Origin: Rhizodiscina lignyota
Taxonomy: Eukaryota
NCBI GenBank assembly: GCA_010015805.1
Contig: ML978139.1
Span: 62,001 to 126,000, forward strand
Direction of reading: 5' to 3'
DNA length: 64,000 bases
The position numbers and the translations under genes are program-made. The notes beneath the pieces are model-generated. The model did no database searches. It had not been told where the DNA came from and saw only the letters and a program-made list of their open reading frames with translations. Of the stretch, positions 38,905 to 51,057 are shown piece after piece (position 1 is the first letter of the stretch; each line of letters opens with the position of its first letter).

Positions 38905-40576
38905 ATGGCGTTCGAGTCCGGCAAGGCTGGCGACATCATGCCAGAGGAACCGTCCATTATCAAAATCGATTCTGCTGGCTCCCAAAAGATCATTGGCGAA
39001 GATGGAGAGGTTATGTTTACGATTGACCCAAAAGCAGAGAGGCGTCTACTATGGAGGTTCGACCTCCGCATCCTGCCAATCCTGGCGGTCATGTACCTTT
39101 TCAACTCACTCGACAGTAAGGAATAGTTCTGGGGAAAGGGCATCTAGGATACCTATACTAACCTATCACAGAGGCGAATCTGGGCAATGCGAAGACTGCT
39201 GGACTCGAGAAATCGCTGGGGCTGAAAGACAATCAATACAATATAATTTTGAGTGTCTTTTTTGTCCCATATGTCCTCACAGCGCCATTCTTGGGTATAG
39301 CTGGAAAGAAGTACGGGCCACATCGCATGTTGCCAATTATGATGTTCACTTTCGGCTCAATGACCCTCCTTACCGCCGCAGTCCAGAATTTTGGAGGACT
39401 CATGGCACTTCGATGGTTTCTCGGAATGGCTGAATCCGCATTCTTTCCTTTGGTTATATACTATCAAACAACGTAAGTGCCTTCAGACTGCTCAAGTCAA
39501 TACAGTACACTCTGACACGTCTTTCAGCTTCTATCGTCGAGGCGAGCTCGCCCGTCGCCTCGCACTCTTCTACGCTGCCTCTAATATCGCATACGCATTC
39601 GGCGGGCTTCTCGCGTTCGGTGTTTTCCAAATACATTCGGGTTCGTTCGCAAATTGGCGCTATCTGTTCATCGTCGAAGGGGCATGCTCGGTGGTTTTTT
39701 CTGTATTCGCTTTCTTCTATCTTCCGCACAGCGCCGCAGACGCCAAGTTTCTCAACGAAGAGGAGAAGAAGCTGGCGTTCTACCGCATGCAAGTCGACTC
39801 GAGCTCTGTGGTGAATGAAAAATTCGACTTCAAAGAAAGCTTCAAGATTCTCAAGCAACCAACTAGCTGGGTGATTCTTGGTATTGAGATGTGCCTGGGT
39901 GTACCGCTTCAAAGCGTGTCGCTTTTCCTTCCTCAGATTATCGCAAGACTGGGATACAGTACCGTCAAGACAAATCTCTATACCGTCGCGCCGAACATCA
40001 CAGGAGCCGTAATGCTTCTTGTGCTTGCATTCGCGAGCGATTTCACGAGGTGGCGGTTCCCGTTCATTGCTGCGGGCTTCATCTTCACATTCATCGGATT
40101 CATAATATATGTTAGCATAGATGTTCAGCATGATCTGCACGTTGCATATTTTGCTTGCTTCATGATGACTTGGTACTTCCATAGCTCCCTTACACGTTCT
40201 GAACTTTTCTGACATGTCAAACAGGGGAACCTCGGCACCTTCGGTACTGCTCGACGTTTGGTACAACAACAACATTGCTCACGAGGGCCGTCGTGTCGTA
40301 CTTACGTCCTTTGGTGTCCCGATCGCCAATCTGATGGGTGTTGTCAGTAGCAACATCTTCTTAAATAAAGATGCGCCGAAATACATTCCGGCACTGGCAA
40401 CCACTGCGGCATTCGGTGCACTTGGTACCGTACTGACGCTTCTGCTCGGCACTTGGATGATAATTGATAACAAGAAGAGGAACATGCAGCAAGGGGTGAA
40501 GTTGACACCGAAGGATGTGCCGACCGAGAGATTGAGAGATGGACCTGGGGCGCCGGAGTTTCGTTGGGTTTACTAG
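38905..40576 (+). CDS. MFS transporter, anion:cation symporter (allantoate/nicotinate permease) family
   Basis: ERRLLWRFDLRILP, LDKANLGNAK, RWFLGMAES, FYRRGELARR, WRYLFIVEG and C-terminal PEFRWVY. Three introns. Confidence 0.92.
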
Positions 40577-40885
40577 CCAACAGGATGTAAGGCCCGAAAG
40601 CAGTAGAAGAAGATCTCGAATAAAAGCAATTTCCCCAGATGCAGCTTCCCAACTACAGTCTTTCTTGGGTGCCCATTTTGTCGCTTTTGACACCACTTTA
40701 ACACCCCGGTGTTTAACCCCTCACTATTTAAACCCCATTTCGTTCACTTACAAGGTCCTTCTGTGCCACAATCTTTCCTCATCATCCCCATTATACTTGG
40801 CTATCATCGAACGACCTACGCCAACACACTCAATCTTCCTTCCACAACCTCATCACCAACCACGCACCACACCATCGAAACAAAA

Positions 40886-41668
40886 ATGGCGCTAAGTAAG
40901 GAAACCCGCGACCTGTTGGAAAACAACGACTCGGACAAAAACGGATCTAAGCCTTCGACGTCTTTTGACTCGATACCAACGGAGATCCGGCAGAAAATTT
41001 TTGTACTTGCTGTTGGTGACCTTGAAGACCCAGACATTCGATACTTTCCTCCGCCAGGTGAACGTCGCAACAACCCGGTGGTCCAGCAGGTGAAGCTTGT
41101 TCAAATCGAGTCCGCACACAAAAAGTGTCTCGAGTCGTCGAAGACAATAAACCAACTCCAGCTCGTATGCCGTCGATTTCACGCCGACATGGCCTTTGTC
41201 ATTAAGCGCTATATTTCACAGCTTAGCGCACTAAGTACACAATACCAGCTCTGCAACATCCCTGATCAGATCGACTGCTATCTTCTCGAAAAGATGACTT
41301 CGGCACATTGGCTAGCACTCTATAGGGATCCCACGATCTACGCTCGCGAGATGCCCGTCTTTCGCGCATACAAAGCATACTCTGTGTGGCTCGAAATGGA
41401 GTACACCAGGGTGACACGATTGACGATACTTATGGGTGTCAACGGAATGCAACCAAACTTGAGATTCTACAGGATAGCTAAGATGCTAAGGAGGAAGCTT
41501 GAAGAAGAGAAGGAAAGGCCAAGAGGGGAAGTGATCGTTCGGAGGTCAATTCGAAATCGCGCCCGGAGTCATAGAGGCGTGAGGGTGATGAAAAGGGTGA
41601 CCTCGACAGAGGTGGAAAGAAGGCAGCAATACATAGTTGCTCTTCAATACAGGCGAGGATATCACTGA
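40886..41668 (+). CDS. Hypothetical protein with an F-box-like N-terminal motif
   Basis: ATG in CAAAAATGG context; SFDSIPTEIRQKIF and LQLVCRRFHADM segments resemble a split F-box/2EXR-like motif. Confidence 0.55.
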   Translation: MALSKETRDLLENNDSDKNGSKPSTSFDSIPTEIRQKIFVLAVGDLEDPDIRYFPPPGERRNNPVVQQVKLVQIESAHKKCLESSKTINQLQLVCRRFHADMAFVIKRYISQLSALSTQYQLCNIPDQIDCYLLEKMTSAHWLALYRDPTIYAREMPVFRAYKAYSVWLEMEYTRVTRLTILMGVNGMQPNLRFYRIAKMLRRKLEEEKERPRGEVIVRRSIRNRARSHRGVRVMKRVTSTEVERRQQYIVALQYRRGYH

Positions 41669-42058
41669 AAGCTCAGTTACAATACCGCAGCCAGTGTTTA
41701 TTTAAGTTATACAGCTTCAATAAACTAAACATGATTTGTCTCGGTCGAAAAGCATGCGCACTATTTCTATTGAAACTACGGGCACGTGAATGCGGAAAGC
41801 TTTTAGTTATTAGAGACTGCAGTGAGCACTTTGTTGTAATATAGCTCACACATTCTTTTGATGGTTGAAGAAATGATTGGGAAATCTCGACATGAAATTG
41901 CATGAGCCGAAGTCGTCTCTCGGTATTCTTTGACGCCGTACCATACTATATACGGACTAGTGGATATTGAAAATTACACCACCTCCCATCTGAACTCTCC
42001 AGCTGCCTCGCAAGCTTCCCGCTCTTGTTCACCACGTATCGCCAATTGAACCGCGTCA

Positions 42059-42871
42059 ATGTCACTCCGCCTTCCCAGGCGGCAGCTCGCACTGTCCTGC
42101 GCACAATGTCGCTCCCTCCCCAATCCCTCGTCAACTCGCTCCTTTAGAACATCCGCGCCGCTGAGGGCGAGCTCCGAAACGACCAAGCAAAAACGCAAAC
42201 CCGGCGAGAAGAAACCTGCTCACGCTGCCTACGACCCAGCGCCCTATCCGTACGGCCCTCGACGCTGGTACAAGCAGTCGAACCGCGGCCTCTACGGCAC
42301 GCTCTCCATCCGCGCCGGCAACACCGTCTCGTCGAAGAACGAGATCAAGACACGCACGAAGTGGCGGCCGAACATCCAGTACAAGAACCTGTACTCGCAG
42401 GCGCTGGCGCGACACGTCAAGATACGAGTCGCGACGCGTGTGCTGCGGACGATTGATAAAGTGGGTGGGCTGGATGAGTATTTGTTAGGGGACAAGCCGG
42501 CGAGGATAAAGGAGCTGGGACCGGCTGGATGGGCGTTGCGATGGAAGCTGATGAGGACGGAGGCTGTGAAGAAGAGGTTCGAGGAGGAGAGGGTTCGGCT
42601 GGGCCTGCCTAAGGAGGGGATTGGTATGGTTGGGTTGGTGGATGAGCAGAGGCTGGAAAGAGAGGCTTCACAGCTTCTGGAGAGTATCACTGTTAAGCCT
42701 CGGGAAGTGGATGACGCTCAAGAAACCGATCCCGAAGATGTGCTAGGGGACCGCGAAGGAGAGTGGGAGCAAGAGGCAGTGGACAACCGGAGAGCAGTTC
42801 CACGTGCTGCGGACATTTCGGATGCCATAACGGTCTCACGACCTGGATGGTGGAATTTCTGGAGGCGGTAG
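42059..42871 (+). CDS. MRPL24: Mitochondrial ribosomal protein bL28m
   Basis: Presequence-like N-terminus, then YPYG..RWYKQSNRGLYG, KTRTKWRPNIQ..LYS and LRTIDKVGGLDEYLL. Confidence 0.9.
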   Translation: MSLRLPRRQLALSCAQCRSLPNPSSTRSFRTSAPLRASSETTKQKRKPGEKKPAHAAYDPAPYPYGPRRWYKQSNRGLYGTLSIRAGNTVSSKNEIKTRTKWRPNIQYKNLYSQALARHVKIRVATRVLRTIDKVGGLDEYLLGDKPARIKELGPAGWALRWKLMRTEAVKKRFEEERVRLGLPKEGIGMVGLVDEQRLEREASQLLESITVKPREVDDAQETDPEDVLGDREGEWEQEAVDNRRAVPRAADISDAITVSRPGWWNFWRR

Positions 42872-43014
42872 AATGCAATATATAATACGTGCGCATAAGA
42901 CATCTTTTCTCTTCGAGTTCGCAAAGCATAGCAGGGAAATCGGATTTGTAAATATAGGATCATCATTCAGACCACAGAATATATACATAGAAATGAAGCT
43001 ACTTCATGGCTACT

Positions 43015-44727
43015 TTACGCACTTCCAGAGAACGCTGGGACAAGCACCTTTGCGACAATCTCGTTATCGGTCAGTGTGCTTCCACTGACGATTGGTGTAT
43101 CAACAAGTGCGTAAGTCTGATCGAAGCCACCGGCTGCCCACGTCAAATACCCAACGTAAACGTCCGAGTTTTTGCTATTGCCATTGTCAGTCACTGTCCA
43201 TACGCGGCACGTATCCACAAGATTTGAGTACTTACTTCACGAAAGCCAGCTGCTGAGACAGATCAGTGACGCAGCTGTCCGTATTGCCACCACCGGTCTC
43301 AGTGTTGAAAGCCATTCTCTTATTCTCCCTCAACCAGTCCGCAAGAGGCGAGAAGGCATCGTCAATGTTGTTCGTGACACACTCTGTGCTCGTACCAGAA
43401 TTGTCACTATCCAAGTATTTGTGAACATCAAAGACCAAGTTGTCTGTCGATCCATCAAGATTGGTAATGTTGCTCAGGGCCGCTGCATTGCCGTTGCTGA
43501 CAAAAGTCGCTGCAGAAGTGTAGCCATCGCCCGGAAGAAGGATCATCTGAGAGGTTGCACCAGCCTTGCGGATGGCGGTGACAGCAGCCTGCACAGTGCC
43601 AGCCCATGTCGGGACGTCGAGATCATGTGGCTCGTTCATGATGCCGAAAACAACCTTGGAGTTATCGGCGTACTTTGTCGCGACCTTGCTCCATGCGGCG
43701 GCGAATTGATCGTTCGTGGGCCCGCCTTGTCCGAAAATCTCGCCATTCCAGCGTGCGTAGTTGTGGAAGTCGATCACACAAGCATCCGCCACAGACGTGC
43801 ATGCGGCGACTAGTTTGTCATACGCAGCGAAGTTGGTGGCATCCAGATCGCCATCAATATCGTTGTTGAAGAGAAACTGCATTCCCACTGGGAGACGGAA
43901 TGCGTTGAGGCCATCATCATTGGCGAAGTGATTCATCTGGTCGTCTGCAGGAGGAGTCGCGCCTGTCAAAGGATTCAGGGTATTCTGAGTGTTGCAGTTG
44001 CCGCTCGTGTCACATCCAAAGTCGAAGCCTGCGATATTGACGCCGCCATATTTCACTTTACCAGCGCTGCCGCTGCTAGCAGTGCTAGAGCTGCTGGGTG
44101 CGGACGTAGTACCAGAGGGAGACGCAACTGAAGATGAAGATGGAGCTGCAGCAGCTGAAGCGACTGCTGATGGGGTAGAAGAAGACGCAGGTGCGGCAGT
44201 TGATGATGGTGCAGATGATGGTGCAGATGAGGATTTGACTGCGGCAACAGACGTTGGCGCAGAACTGGAGCTCTTTGGTGCTGAAGACGACTTTGCAGCA
44301 GCTGTTGTGCTTGGAGAAGCCGTGGAGCTCGCTTCGGGCTCAGAATCACTGCAGTCATCACCAGAATCATCGGCTCCCGTAGCAGGAGCAGATGTTTCAG
44401 CTGCGGCGGCCGTGGTCGAGGGCGCAGCAGACGAAGTTGGTTCGTCGCTGCAATCATCATCGGTGGGGGAAGCGGCAGTAGAGGCAACGCTGGTCGTGGC
44501 TGGTAGGCACTGGAAGTAGTAGTCGTTTTGCTTCTGGCACGACAAGCCGGACGCGCATTCTGTGCTGCCCGTCCAATTTATGCCACCACCTAGAGGATAT
44601 TTTCAGTTTATGTATCTCTCAACTCATTGGGGACAAAGTACACACATTGATACCATTCCTGTTGCAAGGGTGCCGCTGCTACCGTAGAGGTCAACGCGGC
44701 GAGAGCCGCAATCTTTGTGAAAAACAT
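43015..44727 (-). CDS. Secreted endo-1,4-beta-glucanase: CBM1 + Ser/Thr/Ala linker + GH5 (Cel5A/EGII type)
   Basis: Signal peptide MFFTKIAALAAL. CBM1 [32 protein letters not shown] spans an intron at about 44590-44645. GH5 motifs GVNIAGFDFGC, DFHNYARW, MNEPHD, DVHKYLDSDNSG, TETGGG and TWAAGGF. Confidence 0.95.
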
Positions 44728-46650
44728 CTTCCCAGGAAGACGATGAATGAATTGAAGAAGCTTTGGAATGAGTGACGAGAAAAGAGGTAAACAGTTGAAC
44801 CTGTCGTCGTAAGACGAAAGCCAATGAAACGAAACGAAGGATGAACAGATGAGAGAAACGCGAAAGGCGGCGACTTAAAAAGAATGAGATGTGAGGCGGA
44901 AAAGCTCTTCAATATATTTGACACCATGACGCCGGAACTTGTGCTCGTCTATTGCTCTCATTTCGCAGGAGTGGGACGGAGCCGCATGATCTCATCGCCT
45001 ATGTCTCCTCCGGCAAGCCCTAGGACGGTCTCGTCGTCTTTTAATCAAGATGCCTGGTCACGGGGAAAATGTATGGCAGGCGAAAAGGCAAACCAGCCCA
45101 CGGCGCTTCCGCATGTTGAGCAGATGCGATCGGATTCATGCGGCTGAGCTGGCGTGGTGACGGTAGAGCGAGAAACGAAATGAGATCACTTAGTCGAAAC
45201 ATCGGGACGTTTCGCGGAGTGACAAATGGCCCAGCGCCACCCTTGAGCGAGATGAGCGGAGTATATTAAAATAGTGGAGATGGAAGCACCTACTTTAACT
45301 TGAAGAGCCTCTTGTCCCTTTTAGATGTGTGAATGGTCTGCTCCGTTTCGAGCAGATTGAGCTTCTTCCCTTCTTGTCAACTAAACTTGAACGTTTATTT
45401 TCTGGCCTGGATTTCCACTTCCCTCCTCAATGCGCTATTAGATGAACGTTTTGAGATAGAAAAGATATACTTTAGACTGGTTAGAAGCCTGTGGCGAGTG
45501 TAAGTTCGCTTTCATTTAAACTCGTACAGTAGCTCGCGAGGAGGTCATGAGTAGATTGCTTCGCTAAGGCAGGGGTAACTAACAAAAGAGAGGAGCCGGC
45601 CGACGGAGTGACAATAGTTGAGCCGATTAACGGAATGGCTATAGGTAACTACTGTAGTACGAACAAGTTTTGTTCTTCAACACAAATGAGAGCATCTGGA
45701 AGCTTAATTAAACATACACCATACAGCATTTATCTACAATCCGCAGCCTCGGCGTATATGATCTGTATGGACTGATGCCGATGTGGATATGCATCCCCAC
45801 GGTTGACAGATCGTAGCCACGACGCAGCTTTTTTGTCACCCACTTGCTGGCCGTTGGACAAATTGTCACGCTTACGAGCAAACTACTCTTTGCCCAACAT
45901 CTCTGTTGTTCGCTGTGACCGTCTTATTCGATCATGAACACTCGGCTGAAGGCGAGATTAGAGTAGTCGCTGTAGACCGGAGATGCATCATGGCGTTAAT
46001 GCTTCTCATCTTCCAGAAGCTCTGATTTGGCAGCAGTTTGGTGAGCTGTGGATGTGTCTGTTCAAAGTTCAAATGCACCAAGTGTCGCAAACCGCATGCT
46101 GATCTTGAGACGCCGACGCTTTAGTAGGGTGGCAGACGTTATGATAGTTTGTTGTATTGGCATCGCCTTGCAAGTGCACTGCAAAGTGGGATAAAGCTTG
46201 GTTGTACGCTCTTTGGAGTGTTTGAGGCAGTAGCGGCCCATCAAAAACCTGGTATGCCTTATTAATTCTAGAGGCTCTAGACTATTGCTGTTCAGCGTCT
46301 TGGAAGCCGAGGCTAACTTTTCTGTCGCTCTCAAATAAGGTTGGCAGGATAGAGCTGTCACGTATGGGGATGAACTGTTCGTCCACTTCGATCTCAATGA
46401 GACAATCTCTGCAAGCTTGGTTTCACGTTCTTTAGAGTGTACATAACAATAGCACACTGCTGAAACCCCTTGAAGCTTTGTTAGTTGAAGAGGCCATACT
46501 TGAGTGTTTCGAAAGATGGTCAACTTCCATTTTAGTCAGTCTGTGGGCAGAAGCACGGTGGCACGCTTGAAACTGGACTAGTTAACTTATATTGTCAAGA
46601 TCGACCCAAGCACGGGCATCGTGCAATTATCAGACTTCATCTGATAGTAA

Positions 46651-47409
46651 CTATACACCCGTCTTTCTATCTGGCATTGGTGTGCGCCGCAAGTTCATCT
46701 CATTCACGCATGGGTTCCCCCACCAAAGCTCGCCTCGCACCTTGACCGCCTCGTCCGATATTCCATGGTCCCAGACAGACGCCTCAATCTGGCAAGCGAC
46801 GTTGGCGTCGTCAATCTCCCAGCACTCGACATCTCGGCAGCGGCAATAGATGGACTCATTCCCCTCCTTGTCGCAGATGAGAAGAGCACCATGCTCCGCG
46901 CCGTTGATGTATACCGGCCGCGCGTACGAGTCAATTTTTGTTGCAGCATGGACCCAGTGAATACGACCGAAGACGTTGGTGACTTTCTGCCAGCCGGGAA
47001 GAGCACGTGCATGATCGTCCAACTCACGTATCGGAGGCTTCCAGAAGCAGCGTTGCTCTGCGCCTCGTGCGTATGTATCGACGTAGAAGACTCGGTTATT
47101 CTCAATTCGCCGGTCCCACCCCTCTGGGAGTTCGGGCCTTCCTTCTCCAATGGAAGGGAGTAGTTGGTGTGGCGGTAGCTGCCTCTATTCAATCGTTAAG
47201 CGTGGCTGAGGTATAAAGGAAAACGGTGGAGACGGCGATGATGGTTCCTTAGTGCTCGTACTACGTTGCGAAGATGATTCACTCTTTCGGTGTCCCACCT
47301 TCGCACGCTTCGAACTTCCGTTAAGCCTTTCCGGATGCGACTTGCGATTGTCATGCTTGTCTTCCTTGTCTCTCGATCTCTTCGAGCCTTTGCCTGCGCA
47401 TGAAGGCAT
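46651..47409 (-). CDS. Tandem WW-like domain protein interrupted by an in-frame TAG at 47185-47187
   Basis: ORFs 47185-47409 and 46651-47022 share a frame. The sequence between them is open and encodes LPEGWDRRIENNRVFYVD...FWKPP, followed by LPGWQKVTNVFGRIHWVH...YARP. Confidence 0.6.
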
Positions 47410-47961
47410 ATTGAAGACCGCGTTGAGGAAATCTTGAGTGATGAAGTCTGTTGATCTTCGCGGGCAGCCTCAAGAGAGGACTAATCAAAACTCATTGAAA
47501 TCGGATGAGGTATTGTATGAATGGAATTTGAGAATGCGTGAGGGATTTAGTGCGTGGCGCAAGTCACTCGCGCAGATAGAGTAGAAAAGAGAAGAAGAGG
47601 TGAGAAGAAGGTTCAGTTTCGAGAAATAAATACAGCACGTCAACTCAGTGAATGAGCGGGTCCGTGCGCGATTGTGGCGTCGCTCCCACCAATCGCAGGT
47701 TTCGCGACTCATCACATCTTCAAGTTGCTACCAGCTGTTAAAAAGATAGGTTAAAAGAATTTCGCATTCCATTTACTGTGCTGATCACAGCATCTCTTTA
47801 ACTGCAACGCTTGACTCAAGCGTTCGTTTCCCTATACCCTTGCCTTGCCAAACGCCCGAGTGCCATGCTGGAATGTCTTGCGTACTCGCTCCTAATGAGC
47901 ATGGTTTGTCAACTCCTAAAAGTACAGCACCTATTCACCGCTCTGCATCGGATTTCAATAC

Positions 47962-50739
47962 TCACTTAACTTCAACGGTCCCTCTCGCCTCCCCAACGGC
48001 GCCCATGCCAGCTCCGTGTCTCGGCATCTTCGTCCCCACAAAGCCCCTCCGCTGCCTTCCCGTCCTGCCTCTTCCAAGCCAGTTCAGCTTCATCTCCCTT
48101 GCTAGCCTCTCCATGGCCTCCTGTGCCTCATCCCCAGTCTGCACACCCGCCAGCACGCTGACGCACTGCAGCATGCGGCCCACAATCTCGGTGACTTTAG
48201 CCGAGTCCATGGGCTGCGACCCATGCAGGGAAGCGTTGACTGCTGGATTGGACGTAGACGGTGGAGCGAGCACGCCAGGAATGGATTGGAAACTCCCTGC
48301 GCTTGTGTTGGACGTAGCGCGGCTACGAGCGCCAAAGCCGGACATGCTCCCCAGACTTCCGTCGAGGATTGTGCCAGAAGAGTAACTACCCGTGCTAGGG
48401 TCGATGCTAGGAGCAGTACTAGGTCTGCTGTTTGTACCCTCCCGTCCAGCTGCACCAGCTAGTGCAGCGAGACTAGGAGGCTCGGGCAGAGGATTGGTGT
48501 CGACAGCAAAGCCTGCGCTCAGATTCTCCAGGCTCAATCGAGAGAATATGCCCATTAGCTTCTCGATGCGTGGAAGAATGACGGTGTCACGGTATGTCAG
48601 GAGCGTCATCCTCCTTACATCGAGGTCCTCGCCCATCGTTGGAATATTGGGGTTGTCGGGGCTTGATTCCCTCGTCGGATCTGCGGTGCCCGGCCTATCT
48701 TGTGAGTAGGAGCGAGTTTCCATGGCCAGAGCAGGTGGCAACTTGGCGCCCCATTTATCGCTGGCCTCTTGTGCAGACATGATAGTCCCGCGGCCCTTGA
48801 ACTCTAGATCCAGTGGGAGAAAAACACCCTGCAGGAACGGCAGGATGGTCGAGAAAACCTGATGCCACAGATCCACCAGACACGGGACTAGTCTCTCATC
48901 TGGTACGTGTCTGAGAGTCTGATCTAGGCTTGTGAAGCCCGTGAACAGCAATTCGTTCAAGTCTTCAATCACATTGGTAGGCTTGCCGAGCTGCACGCAG
49001 CGGCGAATCCAGACATCGACCAATGAATTAAAATCTTCAACAGGCTGTCGAGGTTCCTCGCCCTCGAAGATGTACAACAATCGGGCCTTGAGCAGTGGCC
49101 ATGCATCATCTGGTCCCATGCCCGGGAGGCTGAAAGCACTGGCCAAATGTGAGACGGCCGGTTGCGAGATCGTGTAGTCGGTCGCATTCATGCCACTTGG
49201 CACAGGGCTTGTTGCACCAAGCGATGACGAGGCGAGAGCCCCAAGACTGCCCGGACCAGGCCATTCTGGTCGATCGCCTGAGAAAGATGGATCGCGCTCA
49301 CGGAAGCTGTGCGCATCGCTGAGGACAGACACGCTACTAGAGGCTATTGGCGCGAGTAAGTTCTGTGCGGCAGCTTTCTCCTCTTTCTTCTTTTCACGAA
49401 GAGCACGGCCGCCATGACGGAGGTCAAGGCCTGATACGGACTTCGCAAAAGATGAAGAATGGCCTGGAGAGGCTGGTGCGGCGAAGGAGTAAAGTGGCTG
49501 AGGTGCATTAGGATCTGTAGGCCGGGAGGTCGAAGAGCTGGAGGAGAGTGGAAGGTTGTAGTTCTCGTGGTCCTTGTCTTTGAGCTTGTGCTTCTGTCGA
49601 GAAAGGAAGTTGTGCTTGCCGTGCTTCTCCTTCTCTTTTTCTTTCGTCTCGAACGAGACTGAAGGAACTAATGTGCTTGTCGATGCATTGGCGGAAGAAT
49701 ATATAGACGATGCGCTAGACATGCTCGGATCAACCAGGCTCGTCGTGGACGCATTTCCAAACCGCGGTAGTGTGACTGTACTGCTCATCCCAAGTTTATT
49801 TGGTGAAGGCAGTGCATACTTCTTATCCACATCCTTGTCCTTGATGATCCCTATGCTCTTCGGCTTGCTGAACAGTTTCATCTTGCTCTTCTCCTTGCCA
49901 TGCTTCACCTGGCTGACATCGGGTAAACCTCCACTGCCGCCTCCATGTCCATGTTCCGCATTCAAAGGGCTGAACTGCGGACTCCTCGGAAAGGCAGCAT
50001 TTGCTGCCGTTGTTGCTGCTGTCGCAGCAGCTAATTTGTGCCCTCCCGAAAAGCCATCTCCCAAATGCGACCTGTTACTCATGCTGATGTTGAAGGTTGG
50101 AACAGGCGGTGGTGGAGACGGTGCCGATTGCTTTCTCACTCCTCCTTTGCCAGTCTTGTCGTTCGGGTCTGGCAACGTCATGCTGCGTTTGCGCATGTGC
50201 GATGGATTGTTGGCGTCCACGCGGGCCTGCATGGCTGCCTGCGCTGCAATCTGACTGGCGTTAAGATTCGACATGTTGCCATGTGAGTTACTGCTGTTGG
50301 CATTGCCAAGTGCAGGAGAAGCGGAAGGGAGAGTGGGTTCAAAGTAGCCCTGTGAGCGCTGTCTGCGGTGGCCGGCTTGCGAAAGGTATGGCGCGCCGGA
50401 GCCCGGGAAGGAGGGGGCTACATCTGTTGCTGGAGAATGCTGCCGTGGCGATGCTACATCCACGATGACGCGGGCTGTTTGGGGACGAGAGAAGTTCGTC
50501 AGGCTTGATGTAGAAGCGTTTGCGTGAGTTCCGAGCGGAGACGGTTGTGGTTGCTGCTGTGGATGGGCGTAGGGCGAGCGCTTGTGCGTGGTGAGAGCAG
50601 CAATGTGCGACGAGTCTGACGAGTCGCTGGAGAGGGAGACGTTTCGTGGGCGGTAGGTAGGCGATTGCACGGTGGTGGGAGGATTCTGAGGGTAGATGAC
50701 GGGCGAGTTGCCAGCGCCCTTGGCGGGAGAGGTGGTCAT
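47962..50739 (-). CDS. HbrB-like (Bit61/PRR5/Protor, TORC2-associated) protein
   Basis: Long Ser/Pro-rich N-terminus, then DDAWPLLKARLLYIFEGE, LVDLWHQVFSTILPFLQGVFLPLDLEF, YRDTVILP and RMLQCVSVLA. Confidence 0.82.
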   Translation of the reverse strand: MTTSPAKGAGNSPVIYPQNPPTTVQSPTYRPRNVSLSSDSSDSSHIAALTTHKRSPYAHPQQQPQPSPLGTHANASTSSLTNFSRPQTARVIVDVASPRQHSPATDVAPSFPGSGAPYLSQAGHRRQRSQGYFEPTLPSASPALGNANSSNSHGNMSNLNASQIAAQAAMQARVDANNPSHMRKRSMTLPDPNDKTGKGGVRKQSAPSPPPPVPTFNISMSNRSHLGDGFSGGHKLAAATAATTAANAAFPRSPQFSPLNAEHGHGGGSGGLPDVSQVKHGKEKSKMKLFSKPKSIGIIKDKDVDKKYALPSPNKLGMSSTVTLPRFGNASTTSLVDPSMSSASSIYSSANASTSTLVPSVSFETKEKEKEKHGKHNFLSRQKHKLKDKDHENYNLPLSSSSSTSRPTDPNAPQPLYSFAAPASPGHSSSFAKSVSGLDLRHGGRALREKKKEEKAAAQNLLAPIASSSVSVLSDAHSFRERDPSFSGDRPEWPGPGSLGALASSSLGATSPVPSGMNATDYTISQPAVSHLASAFSLPGMGPDDAWPLLKARLLYIFEGEEPRQPVEDFNSLVDVWIRRCVQLGKPTNVIEDLNELLFTGFTSLDQTLRHVPDERLVPCLVDLWHQVFSTILPFLQGVFLPLDLEFKGRGTIMSAQEASDKWGAKLPPALAMETRSYSQDRPGTADPTRESSPDNPNIPTMGEDLDVRRMTLLTYRDTVILPRIEKLMGIFSRLSLENLSAGFAVDTNPLPEPPSLAALAGAAGREGTNSRPSTAPSIDPSTGSYSSGTILDGSLGSMSGFGARSRATSNTSAGSFQSIPGVLAPPSTSNPAVNASLHGSQPMDSAKVTEIVGRMLQCVSVLAGVQTGDEAQEAMERLAREMKLNWLGRGRTGRQRRGFVGTKMPRHGAGMGAVGEARGTVEVK

Positions 50740-51057
50740 TTCGTACGACGTGAGGTGCGAGGCGAAGGGACAGCGTGCAGCTGCTCCTTCTCGCCCATTC
50801 TCCTAGCTCCTCTGGCCAAAGTGATGCAGCATAAACACAGTGTATAGGATAGCGGTACGTATGTGAGGCTATGAGTTGACGTCGATACAAGCAGTGCCCA
50901 GCTAAACGTTGCGGCGCCTGTGACTGGGGCCCTCAACGGTCCCGCTCGCGCTAACAGTCGAGTCCACTCGACCCCAGCTAGCATCTCCATCTTTCGTCTC
51001 TTCTCGAGAATCTCACAGCTTCGCAACAGAACCCTCGTCACTGCTCAATTGCTCACC

